This document shows positions 37,787 to 51,129 of a stretch of 64,000 nt of DNA, one piece after another. The translations under genes and the position numbers were made by a program. Each line of letters starts with the position of its first letter. Within the stretch, counting starts at the first letter, position 1. Source of the stretch: Eledone cirrhosa (taxonomy: Eukaryota); contig OZ024753.1 of NCBI GenBank assembly GCA_964016885.1, positions 16,306,001 through 16,370,000 of the forward strand. The letters are read 5' to 3'. Under the pieces are notes generated by a model. The model searched no databases, was not told where the DNA came from, and saw nothing but the letters and a program-made list of their open reading frames with translations.

Positions 37787-37869
37787 CAAAACAGCAAGCC
37801 ACATTTTTATCAGGTGTGAAAAAAAATGTAACTGAAACCAAATTAATCAACACGTGTAGATAATCACAC

Positions 37870-38160
37870 GTTTGTGTGCAAGTATGTATGTATACACACG
37901 TAAATACATATTTACATACATACACTTATACATACATATGTACATACATACATACACTACATACATACACTCATGCATATGTACATACGTACATACACTC
38001 ATGCGTATGTATATACGTACATACATACATACGTACATACACTACATACATACACTAGACACGTACATACATACACACATACATACATACGTACATACAT
38101 ACATACATACATACACACGTACATACATAGATACATACATACACACACACACTATATATA
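37870..38160. repeat. (TACA)n-type microsatellite
   Basis: Direct reading. Confidence 0.85.
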
Positions 38161-38189
38161 TTTGTATGACCTACTCAGCTTACAGAGCA

Positions 38190-38640
38190 TCTTAGTTCGA
38201 ATAAAATTGGGCTTGAAGAAGCTTATCGAACTAGTACCACTACAGACGACAAATGGCTTCTCTCTCAGAATGAAGGGTAGACTGTATGATGCTTGCATGT
38301 GAACTGTGATGTTACATGGTAGTGAGACATGTGGACCTTTGACAGCAGAAGATCGGGGAAGGATTAGAAAGAACTGAAGCAGCTATGATCCAATAGATGT
38401 GTAATGAATTCTGCATGAACAAGATAACAAATGTGAGCTGAGAGATGTAATCTCTAAACAATGAGTCCAATATGGAAGAGAGGAGTCTGGGTATAGATAT
38501 ATGGAAGATGGGATCTGTAGAAGTAGATCTAGAAAGAGATGTACTGAAGAGAGGAAGTCCAACCTTATGACAGAGATGATAAAGAACTGCACTGATAAGC
38601 AACAAGCTGTATTGGAGAAGACTCACCTACAACATACCAA
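38190..38640 (+). mobile_element. Degenerate RTE LINE fragment
   Basis: FSLRMKGRLYDACM*TVMLHGSET motif. Confidence 0.7.
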
Positions 38641-38806
38641 CTACATCTTTAGTAACACTTTCAATTCTGCAATAGTATCAGTTATAACATCATCCCGACC
38701 CCATCTAATTCATCCTCTTAATCAACCTTAACCCTTTATACCCAAATCCCTTCACCATTTCACTTTAGTATTTATTTTCATTACCACTGAGCAACTCATC
38801 ATAAAC

Positions 38807-39960
38807 AGTTAGGTACTGATGTGGTCCCTAAACTATCTGGCAAGACAGTAACTATCTGGCAAGACAGTAACTATCTGGCAAGACAGTAACTCCCAGTTAG
38901 GTACTGATGTGGTCCCTAAACTATCTGGCAAGACAGTAACTCCCAGTTAGGTACTGATGTGGTCCCTAAACTATCTGGGAAGACAGTAACTCCCAGTTAG
39001 GTACTGATGTGGTCCCTAAACTATCTGGGAGGACAGTAACTCTCAATTATGTTCTGATGTGGTCCCTAAACTATCTGGGAGGACAGTAACTCCCAGTTAG
39101 GTACTGATGTGGTCCCTAAACTATCTGGGAAGACAGTAACTCCCAGTTAGGTACTGATGTGGTCCCTAAACTATCTGGGAAGACAGTAACTCCCAGTTAG
39201 GTACTGATGTGGTCCCTAAACTATGTGAGAAGACAGTAACTCTCAATTATGTTCTGATGTGGTCCCTAAACTATCTGGCAAGACAGTAACTCCCAGTTAG
39301 GTACTGATGTGGTCCCTAAACTATCTGGCAAGATAGTAACTCCCAGTTAGGTACTGATGTGGTCCCTAAACTATCTGGGAGGACAGTAATTCCCAGTTAG
39401 GTACTGATGTGGTCCCTAAACTATCTGGCAAGACAGTAACTCCCAGTTAGGTACTGATGTGGTCCCTAAACTATGTGGGAAGACAGTAACTCTCAATTAT
39501 GTTCTGATGTGGTCCCTAAACTATCTGGGAAGACAGTAACTCCCAGTTAGGTACTGATGTGGTCCCTAACCTATCTGGCAAGACAGTAACTCCCAGTTAG
39601 GTACTGATGTGGTCCCTAAACTATCTGGCAAGACTAACTCCCAGTTAGGTACTGATGTGGTCCCTAAACTATCTGGCAAGACTAACTCCCAGTTAGGTAC
39701 TGATGTGGTCCCTAAACTCTCTGGCAAGATAGTAACTCCCAGTTAGGTACTGATGTGGTCCCTGAACTATCTGGCAAGACAGTAACTCCCAGTTAGGTAC
39801 TGATGTGGTCCCTAAACTATGTGGGAAGACAGTAACTCTCAATTATGTTCTGATGTGGTCCCTAAACTCTCTGGCAAGACAGTAACTCCCAGTTAGGTAC
39901 TGATGTGGTCCCTAAACTATCTGGCAAGACAGTAACTCCCAGTTAGGTACTGATGTGGTG
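38807..39960. repeat. 50-bp minisatellite (CAGTTAGGTACTGATGTGGTCCCTAAACTATCTGGCAAGACAGTAACTCC), ~23 copies
   Basis: Period 50 at 38901/38951/39001. The variant TCTCAATTATGTTCTG recurs at ~39041, 39241, 39491 and 39838. Confidence 0.95.
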
Positions 39961-40052
39961 TGGTCAGTGGTGATCTGTTTAACCAATGCCAGCATGGAAA
40001 ATAGACATAATGATAATAATGATGATGATTATTAGTATTGAGTCCTTTGAGT

Positions 40053-40655
40053 TGGAGGGATTGGCAAAGTTGGTAGAGTGTCTGAAAATTGTGTAGTGGT
40101 ATTTGTTCCAGCTCTTTATGTTCTTCTAAGTTCAAATCTTACTGAATTCGACTGACTTTCATCCCTCAATGGTTGATAAAATAAAGTACCAAGTACTTGG
40201 GTCAATTTAATTGACTCTCCACCTCCTTCCTTTAAATTGCTGGCCATATACCTAAATCAGAAACCATTATTATTATTATTTTGGGAATTGGCAGAATCAG
40301 TAGAGCAGCGGACACCATGCTTTGCAGCATATAGTTATGGCAGTTTATATTCTGAGTTCAAATTCCATCAAAGTTAACTTAGCCTGTCATCCTTACAGGG
40401 TCGATAAAATAACGTACCAGTAATGCACTGGGGTCAATTTCATCGACTTCTCCCTCCCGGTGAATTGGCAGTATCGGTAGAGGGTCGGACGCCATGTTTT
40501 CCAGCATAGTTACGTCCCTTTACGATCTGAGTTCAAATCCCACCGAGATTCACTTTGCCTTTCATCCTTACCGGGTTGATAAAATAAAAGTACCAGTAAT
40601 GCACTGGGTAATTGCTGGCCTTGTGCCAAAAGTAGAAACAATTATTATTATTATT
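40053..40655 (+). mobile_element. Head-to-tail cluster of three Meta-type SINEs
   Basis: Same family motifs, with (TTA)n tails. Confidence 0.8.
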
Positions 40656-41393
40656 GAGCCCATTGTAGATCAAAGAATGACAAATACAAAACTAAAATAG
40701 TCTTGCAGTAAATAAAAAGCCAATAATGTCCACATGAAATAACTAAGAGGTACAACCACCACCCCAGCCATCTTCTGTATGATAGCAATAAACAGCCATC
40801 ATAACCACCAACAACAGTAATGTGTTTAACACCCTCCCTAGAGGGAGACACACATCTCCTAAGTTAAATAGCAATGGAGGAAATCTATAAATTCTTTAAT
40901 CAGAAAAAAGGGAAACTTTGAAAATAACCACCTTATTTTTGGTTTGTTGACATTAGCTCTATGAGCAGCTCAGATGTTTGTCAAAGGGGCTTGGAGACTA
41001 ACATACATACTCTCCTCCTCCCTCTCTAGGAGACTAACATACTCTCTCCCCTCCCTCTCTAGGACACTAACATACACTCTCTCTCCCTCCCTCTCCATCT
41101 ATCTATCTCTACCTCTCTATCTCTCCCTATATTTGTTTCACCATTTCTCTATGTCCCTCTCTATCTATGCCTCTTTCTCTATCTCTCCCAATCTTTGTCT
41201 ATTTCTCTATGCCCCCCCCCTCCCTCTCTCTCTCTCTTCCTCCCTCACTACTTTCTCTTCAACAAATCCATTTGTCTCAACACAAATAACAGCAAAACAC
41301 CGAGCTAGAGAGAGGTGGTGGTGGTGGTGGTGGTGGCTGCAGAAAGTAGGGGTGCGAGGGTGTTTCCTGAACACACACGCCACTATGACCCCA

Positions 41394-41400
41394 TATAAAA
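41394..41400 (+). promoter_or_regulatory. TATA box of the chitin-binding gene
   Basis: TATAAAA about 100 bp upstream of the ATG at 41495, with an initiator-like TCAGA/GCACA 22-30 bp downstream. Confidence 0.6.
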
Positions 41401-41494
41401 GTAAGGTTGGCCATTTCAGAGAGCACAGATAAACGTTATCTCTCATCCCTGTCGGACCAACAGCAACAGCAACAACAATAACTTATTCTCAACA

Positions 41495-41534
41495 ATGTAT
41501 TTCAATGTTTGGCATCAACTTATGTTAACCTGTG
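41495..41534 (+). CDS. Exon 1 of secreted chitin-binding protein (signal peptide start)
   Basis: CAACA-ATG, MYFNVWHQLMLTC(G), consensus phase-1 donor G|GTGAGT. Joins the phase-1 acceptor at 53709 to give MYFNVWHQLMLTCGFLHVTA-LVCPG. Confidence 0.7.
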
Positions 41535-41559
41535 GTGAGTCTATGTCATTTATTCTCCT

Positions 41560-42320
41560 ACAACAACACCAACAACGCTAACAACACCACCAACAACAAC
41601 AACGCTAACAACAACACCAACAACACCAACAACACTAACAACACCAACATCAGCACCAACAACAACACCAACAACAACAATACTAACACCAACAACAACA
41701 ACAACACCAACATCACCACCAACAACAACACCAACAACAACAATACTAACACCAACAACACTAATATCACTGTTAACAACAACAACACTAAGAACAACAA
41801 CACTAACACCACCACTAACAACAACACCAACAACAACAATACTAACACCAACAACAACAATACTAACACCAACAACAACAATACTAACACCAACAACAAC
41901 AACACTAACAACACCAACATCAACACTAACAACACCAACAACAACACTAACAACACCAACAACACTAACACCACCAACACCATGGCTACCAACACCCCAA
42001 TATCACCAACAACAACACCACAACACCCTACCACTACAACACCCCCACCACCACAACAACACCACTACAACACCCCCACAACCACAACAACACCAGCACC
42101 CCCACAACACCCCCACCACCACAACACCCCCACAACCACAACAATACCAACACCCACACAACACCCTCACCACCACAACAACACCCCCATCACCACACCA
42201 ACAACACCACTACAACACCCCCACCACCACAACAACACCAACACCCCCATCACCACACCAACAACACCACCAACACCACCACTACAACACCCCCACAACC
42301 ACAACACCATTACAACAACT
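41560..42320. repeat. (AAC/CAC)n low-complexity tract at the start of intron 1
   Basis: Direct reading. Confidence 0.9.
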
Positions 42321-42469
42321 ATTATTTCACTTATTTCCCATTCAGTTGTTTATATTCTATTGTAATGTGTATTAATGTTATGAAAATCTAATAGATCCCC
42401 TCCTTGTCCAGTATTGGTTAAGTGGACTACAGACCCACAGCCTCATATCATAGGGGACCTCATCCCATT

Positions 42470-43321
42470 TTAACATTTAGCATTTAAACCGGCCGTATCC
42501 GGCCAGAATTCTCTCACCTATTTCTGTTCAAACCAGCCGTAACCAGCTGCTCATACTGATGTCAAGGTATTGTTCTCAAAATAAATAATAACAAAATCTC
42601 ATAGATTCGATATTATGTGAAATAATTGTTTCTACTTTAGGCACAAGGCCAGCAATTAACCAGTGCATTACTGGTACTTTATTTTATCGACCCCGTAAGG
42701 ATGAAAGGCAAAGTCAACCTCGGCGGGATTTGAACTCAGATCGTAAAGAGACGTAACTATGCTGGAAAGCATGGCGTCCGACCCTCTACCGATACTGCCA
42801 AGTGAAATAATACAGAGAAAATAGAATAATGAATATAAAGTATATGGAGGCACATGGCTTCGTGGTTAGAGCATTGGCCTTGCAATCGAAAGATTGTGAG
42901 TTCAATTCTCAGACCGGGTAATGTGTTGTTTCCTTGAGCAAGACACTTTATTTCACATTGCTCCAGTTTACTCTGCTGTAGAAATGATCCAGTTTACTCC
43001 ACTGCAAAGTGGTCGTGTAGGTGCCACGGCAAAAAAGCACCCAGCCCACACTGTAAATGAGGTTGGTGTTAGGAAGGGCATCCAGCTATAGAAATCAAGC
43101 CAGAATCAGTTCCCATCCCACCCTTGCAAGCAGGGAAAAGCAGACGTAAAATGAAATGAAATGAAAGCAGGTAGTCCTATACGAGCAAGACACGGTCACC
43201 CAACCAACCTTGCCTCAAGTGGGACAACTATCATCTAACCCATGCTAGCGTGGAAGATGGACGTTAAAGGAAGATGATGATGATGATGATGATGAAAGTA
43301 ATGTGACTACTAAAGGGTTAA
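42470..43321 (+). mobile_element. piggyBac-like MITE interrupted by nested SINEs (Meta - 42623-42800; CORE + 42846-43165; RTE tail 43165-43295)
   Basis: MITE 5' body at 42470-42620 and GTAATGTGACTACTAAAGGGTTAA end at 43298-43321. Confidence 0.7.
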
Positions 43322-43377
43322 CTATATATTGCAGTATGTACTAGAATATAAGCCGAGGAATATGGGACAAGAAAAAT

Positions 43378-43562
43378 AACTGTTTCTACTTTTGGCACAA
43401 GGCCAGCAATTATCTAGTGTATTACTGGTACTTTATTTTATCGACCCCGTAAGCATGAAAGACAAAGTTAACCTAGGTGGGATTTGAACTCAGAATGTAA
43501 AGGGCCGTAACTATGCGTCAAAGCATGGCGTACGACCCTCTACCGAAACTGCCAATCCACCG
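43378..43562 (-). mobile_element. Meta-type tRNA SINE
   Basis: Family motifs, reverse complement. Confidence 0.85.
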
Positions 43563-44277
43563 ACAAGAAAAATAATAATAATAAATCGATGGTAAAATTT
43601 GGGGCCAGCTTATATGCACCGCCTAAACAAATTTCCATTTCTTTCGCTAGACGATAATACTCGGAATGGCTGACTCGCCATTGGGCCCCAGGCTGACTGG
43701 GGACCACATCGTCGCTGGTTATTGATCGCTAAACATGGGCTTAATCTTTACTCTATATTCTACCCTGAAACTTTATAGTGACTATCTATAATACACTTAA
43801 ACTTTTTCATAAAAGCCTCCTTCTGTAAATTCTTTAACTAAATCTCACAACTTTAAACCTAAACCTTATTTTTCTAATTTCATCTTGAATGGCATCTTCC
43901 AACTCTAAACATAAATTTAACGTTTCGAATTGTTAATCATAATTTCTGTCCATACATTATACCATGCAGACGCCCACTATATATTACTATATATAGCTTT
44001 GTTAAAGATATATGTTCTTTGAAGAAATATTTTTCGCGGCACTTTCTATGACCAGCTTGATTGTAACCTGATCTCAACGCTAGCCTCTGTCTATGATGGG
44101 GTGGTAGTAGTACACTATAAGCCTGCGCCCCTTCACCAGATGGACATAAGTAGATTTAATAATCACCACTAGAGGGCGGCCAACCAGGATAGAAGCTGCT
44201 AAATCTTCGGCCGCCCCCATGTCTCTGATTTTCAGCCCCATGGATTTTGTCTATTATATTCCTTTGTTATATTTCGA

Positions 44278-44335
44278 ATACCTGATGATGTCATCGGATT
44301 CATACTGAACCCGGTCATTGAAATGATCATAGTAT
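44278..44335 (+). ncRNA. Type I hammerhead ribozyme (palindromic stem III) near the end of a (TA)n-flanked remnant
   Basis: ATAC-CTGATGA-...CGG.TTCA(TAC)TGAA.CCG...-GAAA-TGATCA-TA-GTAT. Confidence 0.65.
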
Positions 44336-44375
44336 AATAAACCTTTTAAGGAATTACACCAGTCCAGCCTCCTGT

Positions 44376-44433
<58 letters not shown>

Positions 44434-44631
44434 ATATGTATATTATACTGGTATCACAAAACATCCAGCCCACACTGTAAAGTGATCGTGTAGGTGTCAC
44501 GACAAAAAGTACCAGGCCAAAAACTGTAAAGTAGATGTGTAAAAGGCACGGCAAAAAGAGTTAGAAACTCATATTATATATACATATTATGTATACATAT
44601 ATACATATATATATCATCATCATCACCATTT

Positions 44632-44664
<33 letters not shown>

Positions 44665-44726
44665 ACATATATATATATGTGTATATGTGTGTACATGTAT
44701 ATATATATATATGTATATGTGTGTCC

Positions 44727-44768
<42 letters not shown>

Positions 44769-45329
44769 GGAATCTAATTGAATATCAGTGCCACTGTATT
44801 ATTGGAACTTATTTTATTGACTTCAGACATTCATTTAATATATAAAGTCAAGCTAAGCCAGAATATGAAAGGCAGAATGTGTGTATATTCTGTTCAGCCA
44901 AGCCCCAGTACTTTCATCTAGCATGCTCATCATCTCTTATGATAGATAAGTGGAGAGAATGAAATGATTTTATTTGATGAAACCCTCACAATAGGAAACT
45001 CAATATATGTCATTAATAAGAATTTCAAACAAATCCTATTGACCAATTCCGAGTTCTATTTTCCAAAACTTAGTTGAACAGATGTAGAAATTTGATTTTC
45101 TTCCAACAAGTCCTTCAAAGGATCGACAGTAAAGTAATAACTTATTACCTGCAATTGATTTAATGTGACACAAAATATTTTTTCATCTTAAAGTATTACT
45201 CTAATTGATAAATTTACCATAGAAATTTAGGATTCCTCTTTGCTTCTATTTAAAGGAGTTTCAAATGATAGTCTCAATGAGATAAATTTGTTAATCTTTG
45301 TTATTTCACTAATGTATATATTTCAGCCA

Positions 45330-46390
45330 CTAAGTGGCAAATTGGCAGTCGTTAGAACATTGGATAGAATTCTTTGCAGTATTCGTTCCAGCTTTCTGAG
45401 TTCAAATCCTTCTCTGAAGTCAACTTTGCCATTCATCCTTTCGAGGTTGATAAAAAAAAACAGTACTGGAGAAGATACTGGACTGGATTCAGTTCTTCTC
45501 TATCTCTTTCTCACACTCTCACACTCTCTATCCTTCTCTGGAAGAAATCTGCTGGAAAGGGGATGAACTCCATCTGGTTTAAAGATGCCCTAGAAATGCT
45601 GTATGTCAATAACGTGCCCCAACAACTCCCTTGGGAGTTACAGCTTCAAAAACTATCAAGGGTTGTTTCACTGAATAGTTTAGAGTTCTCAATCAGAATT
45701 GAAGTACAGAGTTCAATTCATCATAGTGGCTGCTACTGGCCACTTTTTTTCCATCTCTAAGGCTATCTTACTCAATTGTCTAAGCTATTATTTCTAGCAA
45801 TCAACTGCTTACAGTTATTTTCTACATTTGAGATTTATACATTTACTTAGAATAAAAATGATATTTTCAAACTTTAAAAAAGAAGTATTTACTAGTTGAA
45901 GAAGAGTGAAATATATGTATCATAAAAACATATGAAAGAAATTTGTAACATGTGTACACAAAACAAATTTATGGTTTTAAATGTGAATGGTCATTAAATG
46001 AGATGGTCATTAAATGAGATGGTCTTTAAATGAGATGGTCTTTAAATGAGATGGTCTTTAAATGGCGAGTGGCTGTATTATTTGAATAACATTGTAATTA
46101 ATGACTAGTCTAATCTAAAAGAGTTGTTAGAATGATGGATAGAATGCTTTGTAATATTCCGAGTCTCTGCTCTCTGAGTTCCAATCCCCCCAAGGTCAAC
46201 TTTGCCTCTCATCCTTCCAAGGTCGATAAAAAAAATACCAGTAAAATACTGGTTTCAATTCTTCCTCTATATACTTTTCCCACTTCCATTCTCTCACTGT
46301 CTCTCCTTCTCTGTAAGAAATCTGCTGTATTCAGACCTGGAGAGGAGAAGGACTCCACTAGGTTTTTAAAATGCCTGAGAAATGCCATAT
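45330..46390 (+). mobile_element. Two diverged SINE copies sharing an extended 3' segment (45330-45605 and 46125-46390)
   Basis: Both are followed by ATACTGG...TCCTTCTCTG.AAGAAATCTGCTG...ACTCCA...AAATGC. Confidence 0.6.
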
Positions 46391-46549
46391 GTCATTACAT
46401 TACAAATCTAATCTATGTAACGACAATTTTGCTAAATATTCAAACATATTGATATATAACATTCTATATAAACTATTGGAAGATTGGAACAGTTTTGATA
46501 GTCTTAGAGAATGTAGGAATACCAAACACAGAAAATAACTGTAACTACA

Positions 46550-46895
46550 GTCTTCTTATTCTTGAGAGGACCATGGCGGCAGAATCCTCAAACACTCCTT
46601 CCAGCAGATCCTATCAGAAGCAACTCTCTCCAACTGATCTAGCTGGATCCCCCAAGCATAACCAGCCAATCTCATGGATGTTATCCAACCATCTTGCTCA
46701 GGGTTTACCCCTTGGTCTCCTGCCGGTTGGTTTTGCCTATAAAATCTGTCCAGAAATTCTTTCCCCCCCCCCCCCCGAGACATTCTAACCACATGCCCAT
46801 AGTATCGGAGCTGTGATCTCTCAATTTCGAGAAGTAGCAGCTCTACCTGGAGTGACTCTCTGATCTCCAAGCTACGTACTCCATTGAGTAACTAC
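46550..46895 (-). mobile_element. RTE LINE 3' fragment
   Basis: EIRESLQVE.LLLEIERSQLRYYGHVVRM...PTGRRPRG. Confidence 0.8.
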
Positions 46896-47068
46896 AGTCA
46901 ATTGCTATAAATATCTTAGAAAAGCAGGTATAATAACACAATGAATGAAAACAAAAAATGGCCATCATTGATAGAAACTTTGGTGCTTATTGAATGAATA
47001 TCTAGGAAGGTTGACCCATTAAAATTCGAAAATAAATAGCTTCAAAAACAGCCAGCACAGAAAAACCA

Positions 47069-47281
47069 TTTAACCCATTAGCATTTAAACCAGCCACATC
47101 TGGCCAGAATTCTCTCACCTCTTTCTGTTTAAACTGGCTGCTCATACTGATGTTAAGGTATTGTTCTCAAAATAAATAATATCAAAATCTCATAAATTCG
47201 ATAGAGATATTATGTAAAATAAAGTGTTTACTGTGAAAATACAATAGTAGATATAGAGTAATGTAAATGCTAAAGGATTAA
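47069..47281 (+). mobile_element. piggyBac-like MITE
   Basis: TTAACCCATTAGCATTT ... AATGCTAAAGGATTAA. Same body as 1711-1936. Confidence 0.7.
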
Positions 47282-47544
47282 GATGAAATCGTTACATAGT
47301 GTGTGAATTAAAGAGATTTAGCTGAGATAATCCAATAGACCAGGTGGTTCAAAAACAACTAATCCCTTATATTAACCCTTTTGATATGAACCAAGCCAAA
47401 ACCACTCCTGGTTCTATGAAACAAAACTACCCATTTTAAAGGGTTTCTATTTAATTTAAAACAATTCCAGCATAATTTTATATAAGAATCATTTATTATA
47501 GTATGAATAAGACCTTAAGTAAATAACTAATAATCTTTTCTGAT

Positions 47545-48550
47545 TTAGACAGCAATTTGAGGGAAAGGGGAAAGTTGATTAAATTAACCCCAGTGGGACA
47601 ATGGTACTTTATTTTAAAGACCCTGTAAGGATGAAAGGCAAAGCTAACCTTGGCAGGATTTGAACTCGGATCATAACGGGCCTTAACTATGCTGTGAAGC
47701 ATGGTGTCCAATGTTCTACCAATTCTACCAATCTACTACAATTTTAATAATTGTTTCTACTTTAGGTACAAGGCCAACAATTTGAAGGGGAGGGGGAAGT
47801 CGATTAAATCAACCATAGTGTATTACTGGTACTTTATTTTATCGAACCCGTAACGATGAAAGGCAAAGCTTACCTTGGCTAGATTCCAAGTTAATTATAT
47901 AATGGCAAGATTATAATAATGATAACAGTTAACAATTTTTATCAAAATAGAAATTATTGCTATTCTATTCCTCTTAAATTCATTAAAATATAAGTGAAAG
48001 AGTTTTCGTGTCTAATTCCATAAGATCCTGTCTGTAAAAAGCTAGACTGACAATATTTTGAATGGTAAAATTTGCTGTAAACTTGATTGAAATAAGTTGT
48101 ATTGTATTTTATTGTTCGAGATGTTACAGAGAATTATTATAGCTTTACGACATTAAGTAGGTAACTTTCTCTCACAAAATAGTAATTGATTGATGCTGGT
48201 GAGGAAATATATTTAATTTTCAGTTGTCAAGCAAGAAATTTTCACATCATTCATTCATTCATTCATTCATTCATTCATATATATCATCATCATCGTTTAA
48301 CGTCTATCTTCCACGCCTGGATGCCCTTCCTACCACCAACCACGAATATATATATATATATATATAATTGTTTCTAATTTAGGCACAAGGCCAGCAATTA
48401 CCCAGTGCATTACTGGTACTTTATTTTATCGACCCCGTAAGGATGAAAGGCAAAGTCAACCTCGGCGGGATTTGAACTCAGATCATAAAGGGACGTAACT
48501 ATGCTGCAAAGCATGGCGTCTGACCCTCTACCGATACTGCAAATCCACCG
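47545..48550 (-). mobile_element. Meta-type SINEs (47545-47735, 47748-47885, 48365-48550)
   Basis: Family motifs, reverse complement. Confidence 0.8.
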
Positions 48551-48916
48551 TCCTATATATAATATAATGAAATTATTGTGTACAGCGCTCAGGTGCACTA
48601 CAACATACATATATATATGTATATATATATATATATATTATATATATATGTGAAGGCATGTGGCTGAGTGGTTAGAGAATTGGATTCGCAATCGTGAGGT
48701 TGTGAGTTCGATTCCCAGACCGGGTGATGCGTTATGTCCTTGAGCAAGACACTTTATTTCACGTTGCTCCTTCTTCCTGAAGTTGCGACCAATAGATAGT
48801 ATTAGCAACTGGAAAGACCAATGGAAACATTGTTTCCTTGGTCCGATTTAACGAAAGTCGATCGTTCCTTTTATATATATATACGCACACAATTACATAT
48901 ATATATATACGCACAT

Positions 48917-49262
48917 GGAGGCACATGGCTTAGTGGTTAGAGCATTGGCCTTGCAATCGAAAGGTTGTGAGTTCAATTCTCAGACCGGGTGATGTGTTGT
49001 TTCCTTGAGCAAGACACTTTATTTCACATTGCTCCAGTTTACTCAGCTGTAGAAATGAGATGATAGGGACTGGGGTCCATATCATTCCACTGCAAAGTGG
49101 TCGTGGAGGTGCCACGGCAAAAAAGCACCCAGCACTCACTGTAAATGAGGTTGGTGTTAGGAAGAGCATCCAGCTGTAGAAATCAAGCCAGAATCAGTTC
49201 CCGTCCTACCCTTGCAAGCAGGGAAAAAGCGGACGTAAAATGAAATGATGAAATGATGATGA
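48917..49262 (+). mobile_element. Full-length CORE-type tRNA SINE with RTE-derived 3' tail
   Basis: A box TGGCTTAGTGG, B box GAGTTCAATTC, CORE-like domain, GTTAGGAAG.GCATCCAGCTGTAGAAA, tail GGACGTAAAATGAAATGATG. A partial copy lies at 48650-48770. Confidence 0.9.
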
Positions 49263-49496
49263 CACACACACATGCAATTAAATATATATATATATACAGA
49301 AAAACATTAATATATACACATTCATATATACTGAATTCCACGCATATATACATATACACATTTATATATACACTATTACACACATCAGACAAGATTTGCA
49401 GCATAGAGTTACGGCCCTTTATATCCTGAGTTTAAATTGCGCTGAGATTAGCTTTGCCTTTCATCCTTACGGTGTCAATAAAATAAGCACCAGTTC

Positions 49497-49955
49497 AGTG
49501 TGGACTGGGTACCTTTTTCATCGTGTCACCAGCACAACCACCCTACAGTGTCGACTGAATACGTTTTTCATCGTGTCACCAGCACAACCACCCTACAGTG
49601 TGGACTGAGTACCTTTTTCATCGTGTCACCAGCATAACCACCCTACAGTGTGGACTGAGTACCTTTTTCATCGTGTCACCAGCATGACTACCCTGTAAGG
49701 AGACTGGGTACCTTTTTCATCGTGTCACCAACACAACCACCCTATAGGGTGGACTGGGTACTTTTTTCATGTCACCAGCATGATCCCCCCCCCCCCCCTA
49801 TAGGGTGGACTAGGTACTTTTTCATCATGTCACCAGCACGACCACCTACAGTGTGGACTGGGTACTTTTGCATCATGTCAGCAACACGACCCCGCCCCCC
49901 ATAGGGTGAACTGGGTACCTTTTCCTTGTGTCACCAGCACGACTGGGTACCTTTT
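49497..49955. repeat. 50-bp minisatellite related to the SINE/RTE internal unit
   Basis: Period 50 at 49521/49571/49621. Confidence 0.85.
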
Positions 49956-50104
49956 ACATTGAAAAGATATTTAAGTGTCGTTGGATAAATATTTGTTTTT
50001 GTTTAAATGAAAATAATGTCCTTTATTAACCGTTTGTTGACAATATTTCTATTGGAAATCCTCGTCTCCAGCCTCATCTTCATTATTTAATATCTTTCCA
50101 CGCC

Positions 50105-51095
50105 TGTGTTGTGGAGACATGTGGCCTAGTGGTGTGTTGTGGAGACATGTGGCCTAGTGGTGTGTTGTGGAGACATGTGGCCTAGTGGTGTGTTGTGGAG
50201 ACATGTGGCCTAGTGGTGTGTTGTGGAGACATGTGGCCTAGTGGTGTGTTGTGGAGACATGTGGCCTAGTGGTGTGTTGTGGAGACATGTGGCCTAGTGG
50301 TGTGTTGTGGAGACATGTGGCCTAGTGGTGTGTTGTGGAGACATGTGGCCTAGTGGTGTGTTGTGGAGACATGTGGCCTAGTGGTGTGTTGTGGAGACAT
50401 GTGGCCTAGTGGTGTGTCGTGGAGACATGTGGCCTAGTGGTGTGTCGTGGAGACATGTGGCCTAGTGGTGTGTCGTGGAGACATGTGGCCTAGTGGTGTG
50501 TCGTGGAGACATGTGGCCTAGTGGTGTGTTGTGGAGACATGTGGCCTAGTGGTGTGTTGTGGAGACATGTGGCCTAGTGGTGTGTTGTGGAGACATGTGG
50601 CCTAGTGGTGTGTTGTGGAGACATGTGGCCTAGTAGTGTGTTGTGGAGACATGTGGCCTAGTGGTGTGTCATGGAGACATGTGGCCTAGTGGTGTGTCGT
50701 GGAGACATGTGGCTTAGTGGTGTGTCGTGGAGACATGTGGCTTAGTGGTGTGTTGTGGAGACATGTGGCTTAGTGGTGTGTTGTGGAGACATGTGGTTTA
50801 GTGGTGTGTTGTGGAGACATGTGGCCTAGTGGTGTGTTGTGCAGACATGTGGCCTAGTGGTGTGTCGTGGATTTGATTCTTTGACGGGTTGTGTTCTGTG
50901 TTCTTGAGCAAAACACTTCATTTCACATTGCTCCAGCACACTCAGGTGAAAATGAGTACCAGTAATAGCTGGGGGTTTAACCGTGCGATGGACTGGCATC
51001 CTGTCCAGGGGATGTCTTGTACTCTCAGTTGCTCAACACCATGGAAACCAGGATAAGCACCGCCTGATGAGCCTATCGGTTCAAGACAGATTTTA
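50105..51095 (+). mobile_element. CORE/V-like SINE whose 5' head is amplified as a 28-bp tandem array (~27 copies, 50105-50870)
   Basis: Unit TGTGTTGTGGAGACATGTGGCCTAGTGG, then CTTGAGCAAAACACTTCATTTCACATTGCTCC and TGCGATGGACTGGCATCCTGTCCAGGGG. Confidence 0.85.
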
Positions 51096-51129
51096 GAAAA
51101 GGTTGAAAGTCAAAGTTAACCTTGCTGTA

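Noticed and set aside
44970-45020. Hammerhead-like TTGATGA...GAAAC...GTC
   Set aside because: The core is mutated and stems I-III are poorly paired.
48062-48160. Alternative first exon MVKFAVNLIEISCIVFLLF... with a G|GTAAC donor
   Set aside because: There is an in-frame TAA just before the donor.
48917-48990. tRNA gene
   Set aside because: The A/B boxes run into CORE and RTE-tail sequence and recur as dispersed copies, so this is a SINE head.
51062-51090. CTGATGAGCC...GGT as a hammerhead
   Set aside because: There is no GAAA or stem III. It is part of the SINE 3' end.
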